Source of the DNA: Campylobacterota bacterium
GTDB lineage: Bacteria > Campylobacterota > Campylobacteria > Campylobacterales > Arcobacteraceae
NCBI GenBank assembly: GCA_051746405.1
Contig: JBNJFB010000065.1
Span: 1-10,647 of the forward strand
Direction: 5' to 3'
Length of the DNA stretch: 10,647 nucleotides
Part shown: piece by piece, positions 1 to 7,112 of the stretch
Position numbering within the stretch: position 1 is the stretch's first letter
Layout of the letters: the number at the start of each line of letters is the position of its first letter
The notes under the pieces: model-generated
The model's input: the letters and a program-made list of their open reading frames with translations, nothing else
The model's database searches: none
What the model was told of the DNA's origin: nothing
Translations under genes and position numbers: made by a program

Positions 1-2
1 AA

Positions 3-224
3 AAACTTATAGGAAAAGTTGACTACAGTCAAACAGAAAAAAAGAAAAAATCACGTCAATTTGCAAGAAGCCTTTATGTTGCCAAAGATATCAAAAAAGG
101 TGAAACGTTTACACAGGAAAATATAAGAAGTGTCAGACCTGGATACGGAATGCATCCTAAGTATTTGAATGATGTTTTAGGTAAAAAGGCTGAGAAAGAT
201 TATGAGTTTGGAGAAAGACTTTAA
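3..224 (+). CDS. pseI: 3' end (partial) of pseudaminic acid synthase (NeuB family, C-terminal SAF/antifreeze-like domain)
   Basis: My own frame-3 translation (not in the ORF track) gives KLIGKVDYSQTEKKKKSRQFARSLYVAKDIKKGETFTQENIRSVRPGYGMHPKYLNDVLGKKAEKDYEFGERL*, stop TAA at 222-224. RSLYV..DIKKGE.FT.ENIRSVRPGYG.HPKY is typical of PseI; NeuB/LegI usually read RKSIVA...KRPG.GISP. Confidence 0.85.
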   Translation, partial: KLIGKVDYSQTEKKKKSRQFARSLYVAKDIKKGETFTQENIRSVRPGYGMHPKYLNDVLGKKAEKDYEFGERL

Positions 225-241
225 AAGATAAAGGCTAAAAT

Positions 242-1609
242 ATGCAAAAAATATTAGTTATAAATATTGAGATAAAAGCAAGAGAGCTTGAAAGTAGGCT
301 AATGGTAGCATTAGAAGCACTTAAAAGAGACTATGTTGTAATCATAGGCGCACAAAGTGAGATATATAAAATTTTAAAATATCTACCAGAAAGTATTGTT
401 TTCGAGAAGAGTATTTCTAAAAATAAGATTGAAAAGTTAACAAAAATAAAAACACTTGGTCATAAAATTATCAACCTAGATGAAGAGGGAAGTGCCAGTC
501 AAAATAATAAATGGATTTATTTGAAACAAAGACTATCAAAAGAGACATTAGATTTAACAGAATATTTTTTTACCTGGGGAGAAAATGAAAAAAAAGTAAT
601 TGAGAGCAACTATCCAAATGACAGTTCTAAAATTAAAATCACTGGAAATCCTAGAATAGATACATGGAAGTCTGAATATGTGAAAATGTATGAGAAAGAA
701 GTTAACAATATTACTCAAGAGTATAAAAGTTATGTTTTTATTGCTTCAAACTTTGGTGTTAATCATGCGAAAGGTAATGACTTTTTAAAAAAACAAGCAA
801 AAGATTATAAAATAATAGAAACAAAAGACGATGAAGAAATTTTTGATGAAAATTATGCATTTTTGGGAAAAGTATATACAGCATTTTTAGAGATGATAAA
901 AAATTTAGCAATATTACTACCAAGCAAAACTATTGTGATAAGACCGCATCCATCAGAAAACATTGAAGCTTGGAAAGAAATCTTCAAAGAATATAACAAT
1001 GTGTTTATTGAATATAAATATAGTGTCACTCCTTGGATAATAGCTTCTAAATGTATGATACATTCTTCTTGCACCACAGGGATAGAAGGGTTTTTGATGA
1101 AAAAACCCGTTTTTTCTTATCTTCCATATAGTGATAATGATTTTGTGAACTATGTATCAAATACACTTAGCGATATATGCAGTACGCAAGAGCAACTGAT
1201 AGATAAGCTCAATGCAGTATTTGATGGAAAGTATGACTTGTATTATGGTAGAGAATCAAAAATGCAAGAAGCTAAGCCCATACTGCACAATATAGATTCC
1301 TTTGATGCTGCGAAAACTATTGTAGATTATATTGATAAAATTGAAATACCATCTCATAAAACAATAGGTAAAAATAGAGTAAGACTTTTTAAGTATGAAT
1401 CTGCAGTAAAGAAAGCTGTAAAAAAAATTATTAGATATAGGTCTGATAGAGATGAATATGCTCACCAAAAAATGCCCGGTATTGTTTTAAGTGAAATGCA
1501 CAATAAAATTAGAGAAATTCAGATGTGTAATGATGTATCAGAACCTATTTTAGTAAAAGTGAGTCAATTGGGTCCTAGTCTTTTTATGCTGAATGTAAAT
1601 GAGGAGTGA
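242..1609 (+). CDS. Surface carbohydrate biosynthesis protein; GT-B fold, putative CMP-nonulosonate (pseudaminyl) transferase
   Basis: 455 aa. Motifs: EIKARELESR at the N-terminus, D80-E-E-G83, FTWGE, ITGNPRID, IRPH236PSE and HSSCTTGIEG. (D/E)(D/E)G plus HP are the recognised bacterial sialyltransferase motifs. Lies directly downstream of pseI. Confidence 0.7.
   Translation: MQKILVINIEIKARELESRLMVALEALKRDYVVIIGAQSEIYKILKYLPESIVFEKSISKNKIEKLTKIKTLGHKIINLDEEGSASQNNKWIYLKQRLSKETLDLTEYFFTWGENEKKVIESNYPNDSSKIKITGNPRIDTWKSEYVKMYEKEVNNITQEYKSYVFIASNFGVNHAKGNDFLKKQAKDYKIIETKDDEEIFDENYAFLGKVYTAFLEMIKNLAILLPSKTIVIRPHPSENIEAWKEIFKEYNNVFIEYKYSVTPWIIASKCMIHSSCTTGIEGFLMKKPVFSYLPYSDNDFVNYVSNTLSDICSTQEQLIDKLNAVFDGKYDLYYGRESKMQEAKPILHNIDSFDAAKTIVDYIDKIEIPSHKTIGKNRVRLFKYESAVKKAVKKIIRYRSDRDEYAHQKMPGIVLSEMHNKIREIQMCNDVSEPILVKVSQLGPSLFMLNVNEE
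1601..1606 (+). promoter_or_regulatory. Shine-Dalgarno-like site for the 1619 CDS
   Basis: GAGGAG in the last codons of the upstream CDS, 12 nt before ATG 1619; the spacing is somewhat long. Confidence 0.5.
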
Positions 1610-1618
1610 ATAGTACAA

Positions 1619-3772
1619 ATGAATTTTGAAAGTCAAGTTATATATACACTTAAGAAACTTAGTAAAAAAAATACAATTTTAACGACTTCAGCAGGGACTA
1701 CATCGTTGGTTTTAATTGACTTGCTAAGTCGTGCAAATGTAAAAATACCCGTAGTGTTAATAGATACAGGTTTTTTATTTGACTCTACGATAAGTTTTTT
1801 TGACAAGATTAAAAGTTATTATCCAGAGATACAATTTAATATAGTTAAAACTGCTCTGGATCAAGATGAATTTATCGAAAAAGGCGTTATTAAAGATGAC
1901 AAGCTATGTTGTTTAAAAAATAAAGTTGAGTTAATTCATAAATATTTAACTGAAAATAATATAGATTTTTGGATAAGTGGGGTTAGGCGACAACAGTCAG
2001 ACAATAGACAAAATTTGAAGAAATTTTGTAGAGTGAACAAAGATTTAGTAAAAGTGCATCCACTTCTTGAATGGAGCGACATTCAAATGCATGATTATTT
2101 AACTAAAAGAATGTTGCCCCTACATCCTTTATGGTACCATGGATTTGATAGTATCGGTTGCTTTCCATGCACAAAAAAGGGACACGGAAGAACCGGAAGA
2201 TGGCAGGGAAATAAAAGTGAATGTGGACTTCATAGTGTTTATCCTAGAAAATGTGGCAGTTCAGTATCTTTTAAAACATTAGAAGGAAAAACTACTATGG
2301 ATCAAATTGAGTTAAAACTTGATAAGATATTGCTAGATGGTCAAGATGACAGGTTAAAAGTTTTAGAAAATGGAATGACTAAATATGGTTGTCGCACAAA
2401 ACCGTATCCCCATCTATCCTACTCCTCTTGCACTGCTTCAACTATAAGCAATGAAGCATATACTCATGTAAAAAACTATTTCCAAAGTAAATTTGACGCT
2501 GATGATATAAGCCTAGATGATTACCAAGCCATTAGAGATAATCTAAGAAGTGTGTTTGATCTTAAAGATAGTGTTGATATATGCTTGTCTTCTTCAGGAA
2601 CAGACTTAGAAATGTTGCCCTACTTGTTTATACCAAAGCATAGTAAAGTCTATAATGTTATTGTTGGTGCCGAGGAAGTCGGAAGCGGTACATTATTGGC
2701 TGCAGAAGGCCGCTTGTTCTCAGAAATGTGTTCTGACAAACACAATTTGCATAAGGGTGATCAGTTAGCAGGATTTGAAAAATATAATATAGAAATAGTT
2801 AAATTACCCATTAGAGAAGATTGTGGTGCTATCATTGAAGATGAGAATATTTTAGACAGCATATCATCTCTATTAAAGCAAGATAAGGGTGAAAGTTACT
2901 ATATATTACATAGTGTGTTTCATTCAAAAACAGGCTTGATCAAACCATCTCCAGAAAAATTACTAGAATTGGCTGGAAATTATAAAAATGTTATAGTTGT
3001 TATAGATGCTTGTCAGTTAAGAGTTTCAAGGGAAACTATAAATAGGCTATTAGAAAAAGATACAATAGTTTTTATAACTGGGTCTAAGTTTTTTGGGGCC
3101 CCCACATTCAGTGCAGCAGCCTTGATTTCTGAGGGTCTTAGGGATTTTGCAGCTCAAAAACCTTTTGTGCCAAAAGGTTTAAATTATTTGTTTGGAAAAG
3201 AGTTATTTCCCAAAAGATGGAACAGTGTAAAGAAGTTCAGCTATGAAAATAACTTAGGGCTTCTTTTGAGATGGAGAGCTGCAATTTTTGAAATGCAGCA
3301 ATTTAATTCAGTTTCAAAAGAAAGAATTATAAAAACTATTAAAATTTTCAATGATTGTATAAGAGGACTAAATGAGAAATACCAAAATATAATAATATAT
3401 TCTGATATAAATAACATTCCTACAGAGTATGACCTATTAATGTCAAAATCAATATTGACTATTGGATTTAAAGATAAGTCAATTGATTTTGATTTTTCAA
3501 AAAAAATATATCAAGAGTTGATTGGAGATAGTTGGTTAAATAAAAAATTCCCGTATCCAGTGCATTTAGGCCAGCCTGTTAAAATTAAAAAATACAATGG
3601 TAAATGGCTAGGAACACTTAGAATTGCATTGGGTTCTAGGTTTTTTGTAAAATATTCAGGCAAAGTTGAAAGTGAGCAACAGGAAACTATGTATACTGAA
3701 TTAGAGTATATATTTAAAGCAATAAATCAGACTACCAATCAAATATCTCAGAAGGAAAATAATGAATATTGA
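1619..3772 (+). CDS. Fusion protein: N-terminal APS/PAPS reductase (CysH family, [4Fe-4S] type, aa 1-~205) plus C-terminal fold-type I PLP-dependent enzyme (aminotransferase class V / NifS-like, aa ~227-717)
   Basis: N-domain: LIDTGFLF, C97C98..K, WISGVRRQQSDNR, KVHPLLEWS, HPLW..GFDSIGC181FPC184T, GRW and E201CGLH205. C-domain: SSSGTD (aa 324, phosphate-binding-like), VVID463ACQ (PLP pyridine Asp) and ITGSK490FFG (candidate Schiff-base Lys, compare NifS SGHKF). Confidence 0.85.
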   Translation: MNFESQVIYTLKKLSKKNTILTTSAGTTSLVLIDLLSRANVKIPVVLIDTGFLFDSTISFFDKIKSYYPEIQFNIVKTALDQDEFIEKGVIKDDKLCCLKNKVELIHKYLTENNIDFWISGVRRQQSDNRQNLKKFCRVNKDLVKVHPLLEWSDIQMHDYLTKRMLPLHPLWYHGFDSIGCFPCTKKGHGRTGRWQGNKSECGLHSVYPRKCGSSVSFKTLEGKTTMDQIELKLDKILLDGQDDRLKVLENGMTKYGCRTKPYPHLSYSSCTASTISNEAYTHVKNYFQSKFDADDISLDDYQAIRDNLRSVFDLKDSVDICLSSSGTDLEMLPYLFIPKHSKVYNVIVGAEEVGSGTLLAAEGRLFSEMCSDKHNLHKGDQLAGFEKYNIEIVKLPIREDCGAIIEDENILDSISSLLKQDKGESYYILHSVFHSKTGLIKPSPEKLLELAGNYKNVIVVIDACQLRVSRETINRLLEKDTIVFITGSKFFGAPTFSAAALISEGLRDFAAQKPFVPKGLNYLFGKELFPKRWNSVKKFSYENNLGLLLRWRAAIFEMQQFNSVSKERIIKTIKIFNDCIRGLNEKYQNIIIYSDINNIPTEYDLLMSKSILTIGFKDKSIDFDFSKKIYQELIGDSWLNKKFPYPVHLGQPVKIKKYNGKWLGTLRIALGSRFFVKYSGKVESEQQETMYTELEYIFKAINQTTNQISQKENNEY

Positions 3773-5591
3773 GTTTACCAATAGGGCTGTAAGTATATAT
3801 AAAGAAACTTTCGAGGATGATATAAATTTATCAAGAGGTGGCAAATCTATTAAAATAGTAGGTGATATAAGAGCCAGTAAAGAAGATATAAACTTTTTGT
3901 TCAGTCATAAAATAGATTTTGACGAAAAATTTATACAATATTTTTTTGAAGAGGTTTCTGGAGAATATATCATTTTAATAGAATCACATCAGTATAAGCA
4001 ATTGTTTCTATCGTATTCTTGCCCTCAATTTTATATTGCGAAGAAAAAAAATACTCTCTTTCTTAGTCAAAATGAATCTTATTTCAAATCTGACTTTGAT
4101 CAAGATAGATTATTATTGAGAATGCTTAGTAATCAAGGGCTTTTTGTACCAAAAGGTGTATTTACAAAAGTAGAGGACTATTTGCTTCCAGGGATGTCAA
4201 TGGTAGTTGATAATAGCACTCTTGAATATAAACAGTCATGGATTATACCAATAGACCGTTTTGCTACTAAAGCTGATCATGAAAAAAATGCTTCAAGCAT
4301 AGCTGAAGGATTTTGTAAAGAGGTTGAAAGTTATAGAAAATTTTCGAGTAATAAAATTACATTGCAGTTATCAGCAGGTATAGATTCAGCGCTTATATTG
4401 TCAGCAGCTAAAACACAAAAGCTAGAAATTGAGCCTATAAATTTTCGACCTAGTAATCGTCCGGGCGAATCAGTAAATGCGAAACAAACTGCTAAATATT
4501 TTGGATACGAATTGACTGAACTTTTCCAAGGTCCAGTAAAAGAAAAAAATGTTTTTACTCGATCCACTGATGTTTCTGACTATTTACAAAGTATGGAAAA
4601 GTTATTGAAAACAGGTTCAGGAATGTTCATTCTTGATCATATTAGCTTATTGGCTGGTTATCGGTATAATTACCATACAAGCTTAGAAGGCAGCTCATAT
4701 CCAACTGCACTTTGTCTCACACACCATACTTCATATCCTAATTTATTCAAACCTAAATTTGAACCTAAAAAAAACTCACAGCAACGATATTATTATTCGG
4801 TGCAATACTTAGAAAAAAGAGTCATTGGCGAAAAAAAAATATTTGATAAATGGGAAATAGGATTACACTTTTCTACCATTGATCCGTATTATTATGAGTT
4901 TTTGGAATCATGTTTTTATGGATATGTAGATGTGGGCTATAAAATGTTTCCTAATTTGGCTTTATCAGGAATTGAATTAATAAGTTTCAATAATTTATTA
5001 AAAAAAAGAGGATATAGTATAATTAATAAAATATTAAAAAGTGACTACATGTATAAAGCACTTCAGAGTCCATCGAATGAAACTGCAATGAAGTTAATGA
5101 AATTAATTGTTTTTATCAATAATATTTCTTGGAGTGCTGCTAAATTATTTAATAATAAACAATCAGGACTATTGGATCAAAAAAGACCCGGGTTAAATTC
5201 TAAAATTCTTATGGATTTGCTAGAAGTTGTGATTGATGATACATTGGTTCAATATCCAAAATGGGAAATTTTTAGGGCGTTTGAATTACTGAGCGGTAAA
5301 AACTTTTTTGAAATACAGGGTAAAAAAGCTTATTTGAAAAGTGGACTGCAGGATTATTATGGCAAGGCAGAGCTTTTTCTGAAGGGACATAGAGGTATTA
5401 GAAAGGAAATGATTCACAATACATCTGTTTTTAACTATATGGAAGAAAATGGACTTTTAGATAGATATGAAAATATTTTAAATAAGTACGAACTAAACAA
5501 AGTGTTGCCAAATTTAAATGAACTAAATCAACGAGATAGTGGTGGATCTTTCTGGTACTTAAACAATGTTATGAATATAAGTAGTTTATGA
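3762..5591 (+). CDS. Asparagine-synthetase-related PP-loop ATP-dependent amide ligase with a degenerate Ntn domain
   Basis: 609 aa. PP-loop variant LQLS204AGIDS209ALI (SGGxDS-like). Ntn-like remnants VSGEYIILI and LLPGMSMVV; AKQTAKYFG resembles the AsnB A..VA..LG motif. No Cys at position 2 (MNIEF). SD-like GAAGGA at 3751-3756; overlaps the upstream CDS by 11 nt. Confidence 0.65.
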   Translation: MNIEFTNRAVSIYKETFEDDINLSRGGKSIKIVGDIRASKEDINFLFSHKIDFDEKFIQYFFEEVSGEYIILIESHQYKQLFLSYSCPQFYIAKKKNTLFLSQNESYFKSDFDQDRLLLRMLSNQGLFVPKGVFTKVEDYLLPGMSMVVDNSTLEYKQSWIIPIDRFATKADHEKNASSIAEGFCKEVESYRKFSSNKITLQLSAGIDSALILSAAKTQKLEIEPINFRPSNRPGESVNAKQTAKYFGYELTELFQGPVKEKNVFTRSTDVSDYLQSMEKLLKTGSGMFILDHISLLAGYRYNYHTSLEGSSYPTALCLTHHTSYPNLFKPKFEPKKNSQQRYYYSVQYLEKRVIGEKKIFDKWEIGLHFSTIDPYYYEFLESCFYGYVDVGYKMFPNLALSGIELISFNNLLKKRGYSIINKILKSDYMYKALQSPSNETAMKLMKLIVFINNISWSAAKLFNNKQSGLLDQKRPGLNSKILMDLLEVVIDDTLVQYPKWEIFRAFELLSGKNFFEIQGKKAYLKSGLQDYYGKAELFLKGHRGIRKEMIHNTSVFNYMEENGLLDRYENILNKYELNKVLPNLNELNQRDSGGSFWYLNNVMNISSL

Positions 5592-5592
5592 C

Positions 5593-6513
5593 ATGAGGGT
5601 AAATAAAACAAATATGCCGTCATATTTTATAATAGGCGCGCCTAAATGTGGCACTACTGCATTAGCTCAATATTTTGGTGAGCATCCTGATGTATTTATG
5701 ACAAATCCTAAAGAACCACACTATTTTGCAACAGATTTTGATGATAGTATGCGAGCAACATTGACATTAAAACACTATCTTTCGTTATTTAAAAGTGCAA
5801 CTGCAGACCAAGTGTGTGGTGAAGCATCCGTGTGGTATATGTATTCCAATGAAGCTGTAAAAAATATAGCAGAATTTAATCCAGATGCAAAAATTATCAT
5901 TATGCTCAGAAATCCGGTGGATATGATACACTCTCTACATAGTCAAAAACTATACAGCCGGGATGAAGAAGTCGAAGCTATTGAAAAGGCGTGGAACTTA
6001 GCGCCGGAAAGAGAAAAGGGAAACTTCATCCCTGAAAAATGCCGTGAACCCAAAACGTTGTATTATCATAAGGTTGCCAACTATTTTTCTCAGCTTGAAA
6101 ATGTATATAAGTACTTTCCAAAAAAGCAGGTAAAAGTTATTTTATTTGATGATTTCAAAAAAGACAACCTGCAAGTTTATAAAGAAGTTTTGGAGTTTCT
6201 AGGCATACTGTATGATGGAAGAAAAGAGTTTGATAAAGTAAATGAGAACAAAATAGAACATTCAAAAGCAATAGGTACTTTTTTTGCAAGACCTCCCAAA
6301 GTTTTGTTGTCATTGGGCAATCAAATAAAACAAAAGTTTGGTATTGGTAGCTTTGGCATATGGAGGAAGCTTCGCAATATCAATACCACTTCTTCGAGAA
6401 GAAAAGTACTAAACAAAGATATTAGAGATAAGATTCATGCTCACTATAAAGACTCACTAATAAAATTATCTAAAATATTGGATAAAAGACTTCCAGATGA
6501 ATGGCTAAGCTAG
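5593..6513 (+). CDS. PAPS-dependent sulfotransferase (Sulfotransfer_1 type, heparan-sulfate-sulfotransferase-like)
   Basis: 5'-PSB loop FIIGAPKCGTTAL, KEPHYF, GEASVWY and the 3'-PB motif KIIIMLRNPVDMIHS. Confidence 0.92.
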   Translation: MRVNKTNMPSYFIIGAPKCGTTALAQYFGEHPDVFMTNPKEPHYFATDFDDSMRATLTLKHYLSLFKSATADQVCGEASVWYMYSNEAVKNIAEFNPDAKIIIMLRNPVDMIHSLHSQKLYSRDEEVEAIEKAWNLAPEREKGNFIPEKCREPKTLYYHKVANYFSQLENVYKYFPKKQVKVILFDDFKKDNLQVYKEVLEFLGILYDGRKEFDKVNENKIEHSKAIGTFFARPPKVLLSLGNQIKQKFGIGSFGIWRKLRNINTTSSRRKVLNKDIRDKIHAHYKDSLIKLSKILDKRLPDEWLS

Positions 6514-7112
6514 AGATGAAGTCAAACTTTGATGTAAAATTGCTAATTATTAAAGAAGCACTGAATTGTTTAAAAGATGTCTCACAACCAAAGATGTCGA
6601 TATCTGGTTGTGTTTATTCATGGGATAACCTTACAAATTCACCTAAAGTGCTACTTTATATTCGTGAAGTTTTTTATGCAGCTAGAGAATTAATTGATAT
6701 AGTTGTTTGCAAGGTTAGAAATGAAACATCAAAGAAAACTGCAAAAGACTTAGAATCTTTTGTTGCTAATTATGTAAATGGAACATATAATCAGTATTTA
6801 GAGTTGTCACCAACACTTCTAAAGTTAGACAGTTCGAAAAACACTATGCGAGCATTTATGCAAATAAGACAACTACGGAATAAATTAAAATACAGTGCTA
6901 CGGATATATATCTATCTTTTTCCTCAGACAAATCACTAGTGCTAAAAACTGAAGTTGATATTCCAAAATGGAAAGATAAGATTGATAATTTTGATGACTT
7001 GTTTAATATTAAAAATAGAGATATTCAGAGAAAGTCTTCATCTATCGTATTGGAAATCAGTGTGTTTAATTATATTTTAGATATTTTGCATCTCTTTGGA
7101 AAGCTACGATGA
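6501..7112 (+). CDS. Hypothetical protein, possibly a divergent HEPN-like (Cthe_2314-like) helical domain
   Basis: 203-aa ORF overlapping both neighbours, so probably a real gene. Helical segment IREVFYAARELIDIV followed by IRQLR126NKLKY131, an RNxxxH-like motif with Tyr in place of His. The family call is tentative. Confidence 0.5.
   Translation: MAKLEMKSNFDVKLLIIKEALNCLKDVSQPKMSISGCVYSWDNLTNSPKVLLYIREVFYAARELIDIVVCKVRNETSKKTAKDLESFVANYVNGTYNQYLELSPTLLKLDSSKNTMRAFMQIRQLRNKLKYSATDIYLSFSSDKSLVLKTEVDIPKWKDKIDNFDDLFNIKNRDIQRKSSSIVLEISVFNYILDILHLFGKLR

Noticed and set aside
853..1468. Short minus-strand ORFs 853-1077 and 1256-1468
   Set aside because: Antisense shadows of a well-supported CDS with no recognisable motifs.
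1619..2233. Housekeeping cysH for sulfate assimilation
   Set aside because: It is fused to another domain and has no sulfite reductase or cysDN neighbours in the window, so no gene symbol was assigned.
4331..4567. Minus-strand 78-aa ORF
   Set aside because: Antisense to the PP-loop region of the ligase; no independent support.
4831..4839. A9 homopolymer (also other A7-A8 runs and C6 at 8382-8387) as phase-variation tracts
   Set aside because: Poly-A runs are expected in AT-rich, Lys-rich coding DNA. Campylobacterota contingency loci are typically G/C tracts of about 8 or more, and all frames here are intact.
1619..5591. DNA phosphorothioation (DndA/DndC or Ssp) or tRNA thiolation system, suggested by PAPS-reductase-family, NifS-like and PP-loop domains together
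   Set aside because: The CysH domain keeps the true reductase ECGLH motif and canonical spacing. No DndB/D/E, Ssp or sulfur-carrier genes are present, no desulfurase Cys loop is evident, and the context is entirely glycan biosynthesis.
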